Shown here: positions 30,627-51,065 of the stretch, piece after piece
Numbering within the stretch: position 1 is the stretch's first letter
Layout of the letters: every line of letters begins with the position of its first letter
Source of the DNA: the human T2T-CHM13v2.0 reference genome, Homo sapiens
Assembly (NCBI RefSeq): GCF_009914755.1
Contig: NC_060941.1
Length of the DNA stretch: 64,000 bases
Reading direction: 5' to 3' (one strand)
Position numbers and translations under genes: made by a program
Notes under the pieces: model-generated
Told to the model about the DNA's origin: nothing
Database searches by the model: none
The model's input: only the letters and a program-made list of their open reading frames with translations

Positions 30627-30766
30627 TGATTGATATTCATTTACTAAACATAAGTCATTTATTTTAAAAATTAAATAGAAGTTCCAATTTCATAACAAGT
30701 CTAATTCATTATAATGTGACTATAAAGAAAACATACAACTTACTAACTCAAAAATATCTTTTTCTT

Positions 30767-31063
30767 GGCCGGGCGCGGTGGCTCACGCCTGTAATCCCAG
30801 CATTTTGGGAGGCCAAGGCGGATGGATCACGAGGTCAGGAGATCGAGACCATCCTGGCTAACATGGTGAAACCCCGTCTCTACTAAAAATACAAAAAATT
30901 AGCCGGGCTGGGTGGCGGGCGCCTGTAGTCCCAGCTACTCTGGAGGCTGAGGCAAGAGAATGGCATGAACCCCAGGGGGTGGAGCCTGCAGTGAGCCGAG
31001 ATCGCACCACTGCACTCCAGCCTGGGCGACAGCGAGACTCCATCTCAAAAAAAAAAAAAAAAA
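30767..31063 (+). mobile_element. AluY
   Basis: AluY diagnostics; TSD ctttttctt. Confidence 0.95.
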
Positions 31064-31328
31064 CTTTTTCTTATTTATACAAAAATATCACATAGGATTT
31101 TAGGGACCATAATTAATTTTTTTTCAGACCAGATTGTTTGAAAAAATAAATGACCTACAATTAACTTTTTAAATAATTGTGACATCTAACCTACCAAGAA
31201 ATCTAACCTATCAAGAAAGAAATAAAGATTTTTTAAAACTGCTCTTTCATGATCAAAACTTCTTTACTCTTACTTCTTTTTTACCTATGGTAGGACCACC
31301 AAAAATAATTCACTATCAGAAGTCTTAC

Positions 31329-31399
31329 CTGGATTGTTATTTTGAGGAAGACTTTCAGGTGTCTGTTTTTCCTTATATTCAGGAACTAGTTGCTGAATG
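31329..31399 (-). CDS. CCDC144B: CCDC144 coding exon 2 ([24 protein letters not shown])
   Basis: acceptor tttatccatag|, donor CAG|gtaaga; 71 nt, keeps frame with exons 1 and 3. Confidence 0.9.
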
Positions 31400-32475
31400 C
31401 TATGGATAAAAATGTAATAAATGAAATTACTATTTTAAAACAAATGAAAAATACCAAATATATTAAATTTTTGGTGTTTTTCAAACAATATCAGAGTTAA
31501 TATCAGAGCTTTTAATTATCCCATATACTTCGATTTGTGAGTTCTACCAACTTCTCTTTAAGCTTCTGAAGAAGAAAAAAAGATGAAGTACTCATGAATT
31601 GAAGGGAGTATAGCTCAGTAAATTAACTCACATTAGCTTGGCATAATGGAAAGCATCCTAGCTCTATTACCAGCAGCTATTTATTCTCTGACAAGTTGCT
31701 TCTCTTAGGCTCAATGTATTCTTCTAAAAAGCAAGGATTTTCCTGCCTTATTTCACTAGGTTGTTAAAAAGATTTAACAAGAAAACGTTTTGTAAATGCT
31801 CAGAGAAACAGTGAAGCAATGAAATAATTTGTTCTTGAGCTTTATTGAGGAAATGGTTTTGGAATCACAAATAAAACCCAATGTGTATTTTTTCCAGAGG
31901 TTCTAATATTCAAATGTTGCAGTTTTCCAAAACTGTTATTAAGTTCTAGTTTTATTAGTTCTATTCTTTGTGGCTTATAATTTGGGGCATCACAGCTAGT
32001 TCATAGTTTGTAACTAAATTTACTTATAAATATATTATTTCATCAAACTAGATAGCAACACTGTCCACTATTACTGAGCTCATCAATCACGCCAAGGGGA
32101 GAAAGCTAATAGATGTCAAGACCTAGCTTGGACTACTGTTCCATACAGACTCAAACTCTGAATCGGCAGATCTTTGTTAGAAGGATGCTCAATCCCCATG
32201 TTCATCTCCAACTGACATGGAAAACAAAATTCTACTTTTTTTTTTCAGTTCCATGAAAGACATGCAAGTTGACATTCTCTCATTTCTGAGATACATACTG
32301 ACAATATATTTGCACACAACATCCCACGTGTTACTCAGCTCCATTGATCACCTTACTGCATATTTTTGTAGTGAAAAATCACAATTTTAATATTAGGTGA
32401 TACCCACTTTGCTTTGACTCACACTGTCTTTGGAACTAGTCAGCAAATAGTCAAATGAACTTCTAGTGACTGCGC

Positions 32476-32877
<402 letters not shown>

Positions 32878-33038
32878 AAAGCTCTCATTTTATACATGGA
32901 TATTCATGAGTCATGGATGAGACTTGGCTCTGTTAAATCCAGCTAACATACTTGAGACTCAGAATTCTGGTGAGGGCTTCCTGTCACAAATCTGGGAAAC
33001 GATAATATGGGACATTCCACGATCTAAGAAAAGGGTCC

Positions 33039-33615
<577 letters not shown>

Positions 33616-33932
33616 TTAAGGGTGGAAGGAACCTGAGCGACAGTAGAATATGTCTGCTGTATAATATGTATTCAGCTTATGTTTGATGAATAAATTGAGA
33701 AAATGGATAAACACAGTTGGGAAGTGCAATATTTTTAAAGAAAACTCCTGTAAAGTAGACCAACACTTTTGCAATAGTAATAATCCTTTATATTTGATCC
33801 CGTCTCACTAAGAGGCCTGGGCCCCTGACCCCTCTGACGTTTCCCCATCCCGGGTGCCATGGGGCCTCCGGGCACCAGAAAGCCAGTGTCCCCGACAGGA
33901 CGGCGCACCCGCATCCTTCACCTGGCCATTAC

Positions 33933-34276
33933 CTCTTCTTCCTATCCCTCTTGTCCACGCCAGTGTCTCCAGGAGCCAAGACGTGCTCCACCCCAGGGAC
34001 GTCGCCCGACCGGGCAGCTCTGTGGAGCTCGCCAAGATCTTCCAGGCGGACGTCGTGCTGGGGCTGGTCTAAGGCGCCCTCACCGTGCTTGCTCTCGCTG
34101 CCGACGCTATTTTTCCACCAGCTGTAGGAGAAGCCCGAGGACCACTGGTCCCCCGGGTAGCCCAAGTACCACTGGTCCTCCTGGCTCCTGACGCTACGGG
34201 TCTTCCTCGTGGCGTAGACTGCCAGCTTCGGAGACCCCTCAGCCCCTCCCCGCTTTTCTCCACCCCAGGAGGCCAT
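33933..34276 (-). CDS. CCDC144B: CCDC144 coding exon 1 (MASWGGEK...VDKRDRKK), ending in a partial ankyrin repeat
   Basis: ATG at 34276-34274 inside ORF 33929..34456; donor AG|gtaatg at 33932; 344 nt, phase 2. Confidence 0.92.
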
Positions 34277-34351
34277 CAGTAGCGAGCTACTGCCTCGGCC
34301 ACAACCTCCCAGCAGGATAGCCCGCGGTTTCCAATCTGCGAAAGGAGGACC

Positions 34352-34457
34352 GCCAAGCCAGAAATGCCAAGCCAAGCGATCACTGCCACGCCAAGCCAAG
34401 CGACCACCGCCAAGCCAAGCAGCCACCGCAAAGCCTCGCGGGTAAGGCCAAGCCAAT
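34352..34457. repeat. Degenerate (GCCAA)n-rich low-complexity tract in the 5' region
   Basis: Repeated gccaagccaag blocks. Confidence 0.65.
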
Positions 34458-34496
34458 CCGTTACAGACCAGTGCGCCTGCCCACCTGTGACGTCAC
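34451..34496. promoter_or_regulatory. Motif cluster: CCAAT box (AGCCAATC, 34451-34458), MYB-type CCGTTA (34458-34463), perfect CRE (TGACGTCA, 34488-34495)
   Basis: Direct motif matches about 175-220 bp upstream of the ATG; function inferred only. Confidence 0.6.
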
Positions 34497-34518
34497 GGAA
34501 CCTGTGACTTCACTGCAA

Positions 34519-34675
34519 CTGCAGCTCCAGCCTCCCAGAAAAAGACTCCTTGGCCTGCAGGTGGCGCTGCAGCTCCAGCCTCCCAGAAAAAGACTCCTTG
34601 GCCTGCAGGTGGCGCTGTAGCTCCAGCCTCCCAGAAAAAGACTCCTTGGCCTGCAGGTGGTGCTGCAGCTCCAGC
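34519..34675 (+). repeat. 48-bp tandem repeat, 3.3 copies, each with a CTCF-like motif
   Basis: Unit ctgcagctccagcctcccagaaaaagactccttggcctgcaggtggcg at 34519, 34567 and 34615, with a partial copy at 34663. Confidence 0.95.
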
Positions 34676-34799
34676 GCCAACCTGGGCTGGCTGGTCCTCC
34701 CTCGGAGGTTTCGGGGTGGCGGCGCCTAGCCTGCCTGTCATGAGTGCTGTTTCACAGACTCTATCTCAAAAACAAAACCAAAAACAACAACAACAAAAA

Positions 34800-35065
34800 A
34801 CGGTGTTGGAAGTTCTAGCTAGTGCAAAAAGGCACGTTAAAGAAATAAATGGCATGCAGATTGGAAAGGAAGACATAAAACTGCCTTTATTTGCAGATGA
34901 CATGATTGCTTAGAAAATCCCAAAGTGTTTGTTTACATGCAGGTTTAGCTAAGTCTCAGGATACAAAGTCAGCATACAAACGTCAATTGCTGTCCCATAT
35001 ACCGATTGAACAATTGGATTTGGTAATAAGAAAAACAATACCAATTGCGACAGCACCAAACAAAA
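34800..35065 (+). mobile_element. L1 ORF2 reverse-transcriptase fragment
   Basis: Translates as [35 protein letters not shown] (FADD motif). Confidence 0.85.
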
Positions 35066-35757
35066 AACAAAAAAAAAAACCCGAAAAAAAACCGACTAAG
35101 GTCTAAATCTAACCAGATATGTGCAGAAGGTAGAGCTGTCAGGGTGGTTGAGGGCATGGGCTCTGGAGCTGCCTGCCTGGCCTTGCCTCTTGCCTTTCCT
35201 GCTCATAAGCCATGTGTCTCAGTTTCCTCCTGCAGAGTGCATCCACCTCACAGGACCTCTGTGAGGGTCCAACAAGTCCATACATGAAAAATGCCCAGAA
35301 TGGTAAACAGTAAATACATACAGTAAATATGAAAAAAATTGCATTCACATAATCAAGCACAAATTAGCTATTTAAGCACAGCTCATCAAGTTTACACTTG
35401 CAGAGTAGGCCCAGCCATGCCTCAGGAATTGCTGTGTGGTGACCTCCCTCCACAGGGACATGCAGCACCCAGTCCCGCAGCGGCTGTCCTGGTGGGCACG
35501 CTGGCACTCAGTGAGCAACACCCCTCACAGACTACATGGCCTTATAAAGACACAGCAGCCCTAGGGACACATGTTATGGCCATTTTTATGACAGCGATGT
35601 CACATATCATCCTTCACCTAATTCCTTTTCTGGGGAGTCACTCGCGCCTGCAATTGGGCTGGCTAAGATGCTCTCCTTACACGGTGGCTGAGGAAGAACA
35701 CTTTCTAATAACTGGGGAAGACTATAGAGCTTCACTTTTAAAGATTTCATCATCTCA

Positions 35758-36417
<660 letters not shown>

Positions 36418-37198
36418 TCACCTACTCACTCCAACAAAATTGCTCTTATCAAAGCACAAACCATGTTCACATTGTTAAATTATTAATTAAAGCATAATTC
36501 CCCAGCCTTTGTCTTAATTTATGTATCAGCAGCATTTGACACAGTCAATCTCTCCCTCGTTTTTGCAAAACTTCTTTGATAGAATTCCAGAACACTTAAC
36601 CTACTTTCCCCAACATTTTTGATAATTACTCCTAGTCATTTTTTGCTGGTTTCTTCTCATCTTTACTACTTTTTTAATGTTAGAGAACCACTAGGCTCAG
36701 GACTTGGACTTATCTTTCTTATCTTTGCTTTCTTACTAATTTTTATGCTTTAATTCCCTGATATTTCATATTACACCTCAACATTAGACTACACCCAACA
36801 CCGTCTGACTTCTTCACTTGGGTATCATTTAGGAATCTCAAAATGAATGTCCACATGGAGCCACCAGTACTCCCCAAACTTGGTCTTCCGCTTTCTGTTT
36901 AGCGGCAACTCCCATTTTATAATTTCTCAGCTGAATATTCTTGATGTCCCCTTTTAGTTCTCTCTATATCTGTCTGGTTTTCATTCCCTCTCTATCTCTC
37001 CATCACATACACACACACACATTTTCAGATCTGACGTGTATGGAAAAACTACCAGCTTTACCTTTAAAGTGCAATAATTCCAAATGGTGTTTTCAAATTC
37101 ACCTTCCCTCCCTCACCACTTATACTTCCTTCACAAGGTCAGTACTTCCCTCACAAGGTCAAAATCTCTACTGCAGAGATTTATTGGGGAGATAATGA

Positions 37199-37630
<432 letters not shown>

Positions 37631-38557
37631 TGACTTTTTGATACATGTATTAAATGTAAGCGAATAACAGCATAAAAAATGAACTTTTGGGGGGATATTA
37701 TGGGATGCAAACAAGTACTGAGAGCAGTATGAGGAATAAAACTCTCATCCTGGCTTGGTGTGGGCAGAATCTCACAGTCTGAGAACAGCCCCAGTAAGCG
37801 GCAGTGGTAGGGCCCCTCCGTATAAAAACTGTTCTCAAATTGAAGTCTCAGTAAAAAAAAATATAAATAAATAAAAAATAAATAAATACTACCAAACCTC
37901 AACACAAAATGATTGATTCATCATTTGATATACGCTGTGACCTTATAACATGTACAATTGTGTTATCATTCTATAAGGTTTATCATTTGTTAATTTTAAA
38001 ACCAGAATAATTTCAAACTTGAAATAAGTCCCTTGAAGAAATAAATTTCAAAATGCAACCCCCTATCTATCTATATCTTTATCAACTATATCTGTGTTAG
38101 GCCATTTTTTGTATTGCAAAAGCAAAGGCATCCTTCTACACATTCTAAATTTTATAGAATCACACAAATATTGACACAATGGTGATAGGCGAAGGTAGAC
38201 ATTAATATTATTTGGAAAACAGTTTCATTTATACTATTATGAGCAAATTATTAGAATTGGGCTAGAGAAATATGAAGTCACCTAGGGAATGATTGTATAC
38301 ACAGTGCTTTTCACTGATGAAACCATCTCATAATTTCTGTTGTATATTTTTACTACAATGATAAATTATTGGTTTGAGTTTCGATGTGTTCATTAAATAC
38401 ATTAAATATAGGTTAATGTTACTGCCTTTTGCCAGGTTATACAAATTGTTTCCATTTTGCGTTTGTTTTGTTTCTCACTTTTATTGTTCTAATAGGAATT
38501 TATTTTAGGTAAACACAAGTATTTCATTAGAGAAATTTTGACATGTCCCAGGTTTGT

Positions 38558-38731
<174 letters not shown>

Positions 38732-39734
38732 TGATCTACAAAACATACACATAAAATCAGAGGAAAGAAAATGTGCAATTGATGTCACACATCAGGGATA
38801 CCAATAAGGGTCACAGTGACATATTTTACCTCCAATTTGTGGGCAAAGGTGCCAGTAAATTCTGATAAGAGGCAGCAATACTTTGTCTACATTCCTATTA
38901 AAAATCATTAAGTTATTTTAAAAGCTGGGAAATGGCATGGTTGGGAGGATGTGTAATACAAAACTGTAACTCATGAAAATTAGCTATAAATCTAGGCTAT
39001 GACAGGAGCAGCAAGAGTAGATGTAGCTTTTTTAAAAACTGTACTTGAAAATTATTTCATCATCATCTATAGCTCCTTTAAAATAATATTTAGTTGGCAT
39101 ATGTCTTAATAAAGGGCAGAAGTACAGTCAAAATAATTTTTATATAAGGTAATATATGTTAATACATATGGTTTATTCTTGTTCATTTTGTTTCAGGCTG
39201 TCTCAGAATTGTGAAATAGGTAAGTGAATGATAGAAATATTCTCATAGTTAAAACTTAGAATGATTATCCCTTCAAAAGGTAGAATATTACCTTACTTTC
39301 GGTTTCAAAGGTAAAGATAATATATCCATATACACTTGAATTTTACTTTGAAGAGTAGGGACCAATATGTCTCCACACATATTTTATTAATCATGGGCAT
39401 TTTGCCAGACTGATGGGATGCATCTGGTAAATTCACTCTGTGTGTGTAAGTGTGTGTGTGTGTGTCACTGATTTACCACATGTAATGATTAAATGATACA
39501 TGTAATTACATTATTTATTTATGGTATTTGAAAAGAAAGTACTACTAAGGTAATTATTGACTTTCCTAATATCAGACCACTTATGCTCAGAGCAGGACAC
39601 AGAACTTACAAATAATGCCTATTTTGTAACCCAGTATTTCCTTCTCAAATTTTGAATAACAATTTGAATAATTTAAATGATATTTTAAATCCTCATTTTA
39701 ATGTAACCCTTTAATAAACAAAGAGGTAATGATA

Positions 39735-41297
<1,563 letters not shown>

Positions 41298-42126
41298 TAA
41301 TTCAAAAGTGTAGAGAGATGAAGTAGCAGGCCCCATGCTTTGACATTAAGAAGAATGGGGTTAAGTGTGAGGCTTCTGTGAGTTGTCTGATCTATCCAGA
41401 TACCAGTGATAATGACCTAGAGGTACGTTGTCCAATAGCCACACATGGCTACTACATTTAAATTTAAATTAATTACAATAATATAAAAATTTGGTTAGTC
41501 ACACTAGCTACCTTTCAACTTCTCAAAAGCCACATGTGGGTAGTGGTTAGCACATTTCGTAGCATAGAGAACATTTCCAACATCACAAAAAGCATTGGTG
41601 AATGCTTGTCTGGACACTTAAGCACACACAGAAATGTCAAATTGGGTTAAGATGCTATCAAAAGCTAATGCTTGGACTTGCCATTAGACAAATACACGTT
41701 ATCAATGCCCTGCTGATATGAGAACTGAGAATAAAATGTGTGTTCCGGGTGGACTGTAATTAAACAGTTGAATGCCTGACTACAAACATTTAAATCTAAG
41801 TTCATGTATTTGGTGATTTGGACCTGGAATGTATCCTTAGTTGGGTTGAAGATGGAAAACATTCTTCTCTTTCTGACCAACTTATTAAAGATGTTTGAAT
41901 GATAGCATTACATATATTATGCAAAATCTTTCTCAAATGTCACAAGATATATATAGTATAGGAAGCAACTACTATATGACTTTATTAGCATTTTCACTGC
42001 TTAATAAATGCATTTTGTATTACAAAATTAATAAGTACCCATACTATAATTAGGGTATTCCTCCAAAATATTATAAATAATAACACTAAACAACTACGGA
42101 AATGGAAAGAAAGGGTCAGCAGTGTG

Positions 42127-42428
42127 TGTTATGGCATGAACATTTGTTTCCCCCAGAATTTATGTGCTGAAGATCTAACTCTCAGTGTGATGGGATTTGG
42201 AAATAGGGCCTTTGAAGGTAATTAGGTTTACATGAGGTCATGAGAGTGGGGTCCTTATGATGGAATTAATGCCCTTATAAGAAGAGGACAGAAAGCCTGC
42301 TCAAGAACCAAATCAGCCATTGTCTTGGTCACAGACTTCCCAGCCTCCAGGGCTGTGAAAAATAAATGTCTGTTGTTGAAAGCACTGTTTATAGTATTTT
42401 GTTATAACAGCCTGAGCAGACTAATACA
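42127..42428 (+). mobile_element. MaLR solo LTR (MLT1A/MST-like)
   Basis: tgttatggcatgaacatttgtttcccccagaattt...gtattttgttataacagcctgagcagactaataca. Confidence 0.85.
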
Positions 42429-43549
42429 GCATGTAAATACTATATAATGACAACAGAATAAACAATGTGGCTATAAAACAGATAACAAAAGAATCTGGGA
42501 CCATTACATGCTAAAGTCTGTTACAACTAAATAAAAAAATTAAAAAATTAAAAATGCACTTTCATTATGTCAAAAGCAGGTGGAAAAAATAAACAATTAT
42601 TTAAGAGTGTTTGTGTCCAAGCACATAGTATAAAATCTCTACACATGATTAAATCTTTGTAATAAAGTAGTTTTATGCCCATCTGTCATAAATAAATGAA
42701 TAAATTATAAACAATTGAAGCTTAGGGAAAATTATCAGCATTCCAGTTTATAATTAGTAGGTCTAGAATTAGGAAAATAATCCTAAATATGGTATAAGTG
42801 ACTGAAGTATATTTAATAGAAAAATACATTAAAATACTGAAGACAAAGAATGTTGCTCCATAAGCTCATAACGCAGCAATAATCAATTTACATAAATTAT
42901 TCCAAATATTAATGAACATGGAGAAATCAGTGAATAACACACTGAAAAATGAATGCCTAGGAGATGAAGTAAAACTTCGGTCTTTTTGGAATATTTAATA
43001 AATTCCTGCTTTAAACTAATGATAAAAAAAAAAGGCAATTCCAAATATGACAAACGAAAAGAGACATACAAAGAGATATACGAGACTTTTTTTATTTCAC
43101 AAAATGGTACATGTTAACTCTAAGTTGGAAAACACGGATCACTAAGTGATTTTGCGAAACAAACAACAAAATCATGAACACAGAAGTGATACCAAAAATG
43201 CAAAGGAGTCTTCCCACCTCTGCACAAAACAACAAAAGCACAAAAGTTGTTAGGCTGAGACATTTCAAAGTAAATTATTTTATTACCTCAAGAAAAAGAT
43301 CATATAAAAGCTATCAGTTCCAGGAAAGTTTCCAAAATGTTTAATCAAGTCAGCATAAAAATGATACCAAAATCTAGGAGAAAACGCGTAATAAAACAAA
43401 ATGCTGCAAAACACAGTTCATCCTCAGTTATATCAGTAAAATATCCTAAATAAAATACTTGCCAATAGAATGCAAAAACAGAGACAGAGTAAGAAAGGAC
43501 ACCGAGCAGGAGCCCACGAGGTTCACAGTAAGAAAACAGCCCAGAGAGA

Positions 43550-44350
43550 AAGCAGCCCGAGGGATTCGGCCACGTGACGTGCGGTGGACCCTGCGGCAGG
43601 GACCGGCCAGGCTGCCCGCCCCTCAGCCCCTCAGCCCCTCAGCCGCCTCAGCCCCTCAGCCCCTCAGCCTCCTCAGCCCCTCAGCCGCCTCAGCCGCCTC
43701 AGCCCCTCAGCCCCTCAGCCGCCCACGCCTCTGCTCGCTCACCCGCCCGGCTGCCTTAGGGGTCGGCGCTGCCCAGCGGGCTCCAGCGCAGCCTCCTACC
43801 CGGCATCCCACCGGCCGCGCCTGCCACTGACTCCTGGCCGCCCGCTACTACTCGCGCGCGGTGGGCAGGGCCAGTCCGGGGGAGCGGACCCCGAGAGGCG
43901 CCGCGGGATGGCAGGCGGTGTCTTCCAAACCCAAGCCTCCGAGAGCCGCAGCCGGGCTCGGGCCGCTGACCGACCCGGAGGCCCCACTCTGTCCCAGCCA
44001 AGGCCTCCCGGAGCCATCACCCACCAGGAGTCCCGGGCGGGGGCACCACCTGCTCCACGCTGTCGCGGGCTTCTGCGAGGCCATGATCCGTGCCCAACGC
44101 CAGCAAAGGGCAGCTTGTGCCCGAGAGTGGGGGAAATGCATCCTTCCCGGGGATCTGAAAACTCCAGGTCCTCCTGCCAGGAGCCCACGGCCTCAGATGG
44201 GGCCCAGGAAGCGCCCGCGCTGGGGAAGCGCCCCCTGCACCTGAGCCCGAAATTGTCCCTAACAAACCCAACACCCGCAGGGCTGACGTTTGGACTCCGG
44301 GGTGCGGTGTCGATGAAATGGGCACCGCGTGCTTTCCATGCAAAAGACAC
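43550..44350. promoter_or_regulatory. CpG island overlapping the 5' part of the NEK4 retrocopy, with an E-box/half-CRE (CACGTGACGT, 43571-43580)
   Basis: Dense CpGs and high GC; direct motif match. Confidence 0.65.
43618..43722. repeat. 8-9 bp minisatellite (CCCTCAGC)n, 12 units
   Basis: 12 ctcagc cores from 43622 to 43719. Confidence 0.95.
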
Positions 44351-44797
44351 GAAGTCTGGAGTTTATGGAATTATTGAAGGAAAGCCGCGCCAGTGCCAAG
44401 AGATCATGGCCCAGAGCTGGCAGAACTGATCAGACCAATGCTGAGCAAAAGGCCTGAAGAAGACCATCTGGAGGAGCATCCCGAGGGCTTTCCCCAAAGC
44501 ACCAGATCGCCTTCCTTTCCGAGGCCACAAAGGCGAGAACCTCCAGAAATAGCATGAAACACGGTGACTTGGTGACATCCAAGCCTGCTGCCACCGTGGT
44601 TTCCGGGAAGGCAGAATCAAGGCATGAAGTAATCCACGCCAACCACGCTCCTCTGAGGGCTGAGCAAGACATCGATAGTGGGTGAAGGCAAGTGTTTGTC
44701 CCAGGAGAGGCCCAGGATGGTTGCTCCCTTGAAGTCACCCGCCAGTCTGAAGGCCCAGGGGACTTGAGCAATACCAAGAACTGGCCACGGTCCTGCA
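43790..44797 (+). pseudogene. Degraded processed (intronless) pseudogene of NEK4: kinase domain plus the start of the C-terminal region, 3' truncated
   Basis: Frameshifted peptide blocks collinear with NEK4 as I recall it: LAARYYSRAVGRASPGERT, LSQPRPPGAITHQES, LLHAVAGFCE, ILPGDLKT, ADVW..GC, AFHAKDTKSGVYGIIEGK, PELAELIRPMLSKRPEE, SKPAATVVSGKAESRHEVIH, GEGKCLSQERPR, LKSPASLKA. No introns. Confidence 0.88.
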
Positions 44798-45290
44798 ACA
44801 GCCCAAGGGCTGCCTGCCGGACATAAGGGGTGGCTGGGTCCTCCATGTGGGCAGCTCATGCAGTCAGCTCAGCAGCTCTCCCTGCCTGGAATGGTCTGGA
44901 AAGTGGGGGCCAAGCAGGAAGAGCCACCTGGGTGACCCCCCTCCCTATCTGCTATGCTCCTGTGGGGATCAGGCAAAGGGGAAATTGGATCCTTGCCAGG
45001 TTTCCAGTGAAGAAGAGGCTCCCCCAGGATGCAAACTCATTTCATGACAAGTGCCTGGCCCATCAGGCACCTCAGCAACTTGTCAAACCTGTCTCCTACA
45101 AGGACCATCCTGTGTGGGACCCTGCCAAGCTCCTAGGCTTTGGGGCAACACCAGGAGGGGAAGGTCATTTCTTCATCTGAGATGTGGTGATTGGGTCCAT
45201 GTGAGACCAGGAGTCTGGGCTTCAACCCTTTTCTGCCAGCAGCGAGCTGAAGTCCTGCCTACTACGTCCTGGTGGACAAACGCTGAATTT

Positions 45291-50564
<5,274 letters not shown>

Positions 50565-51065
50565 CTATAGGATGGTTCAGGGACCAGGAAGATAATCAGT
50601 TTTCCGTAGGAAGCAAGACATCTGGTGACTGCTCCGTTCTACCCCAATTCTCACTCACTCTGGCCAGTGAAGCCCCTTCAGGAACAACGCCAGCCAAGCA
50701 GTTTGGTTTGGGGAAAAGATGATCTGTTGACTCCAGAGCAGCCTCTGTGCTCATGGAGACCCCGTCGCAGGTCGAGGACGGTGGACACCACAATTCCCAG
50801 CTGTCAATACAGGAGGGGACTTTGTTTTCCTGGGTCACCAAGAAAGAACAAGAGAACGCTGGGGCCTTAGTCCTAGAGAACACCTGGGGGAACCGTCCCC
50901 CCCAGGAATACTCGGGGCAAACGGAAGGCAAGGCCTCTAGAGGACCAGACAGAGAGAATGGGACGCTGCAGGAGGGTTCCAGTCCCCAAGCCTCTTTGAC
51001 CAGGAGAGACGATTGTCACCCTCCAGGCAGCCCTCCAGGGCTCCTTCATTTTCCACAACTGCCTG

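Larger units (their letters stand above)
33850..34735. promoter_or_regulatory. CpG island / promoter of the CCDC144 gene
   Basis: Abrupt GC- and CpG-rich segment spanning exon 1 in otherwise AT-rich DNA. Confidence 0.85.

Noticed and set aside
34519-34675. CRISPR-like regular repeats
   Set aside because: The units are contiguous with no unique spacers, there are no cas genes, and the context is eukaryotic; this is a tandem repeat
37700-37880. Possible Pol III/snRNA-type promoter (ATGCAAAC ... TATAAAA) followed by an A-rich tract
   Set aside because: Imperfect octamer, no recognisable PSE or RNA gene downstream, and the spacing is atypical
43584-44429. 281-aa ORF and several overlapping ORFs on both strands
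   Set aside because: Non-ATG start, low-complexity minisatellite translation and frameshifted NEK4 pieces; long ORFs are expected by chance in very GC-rich DNA
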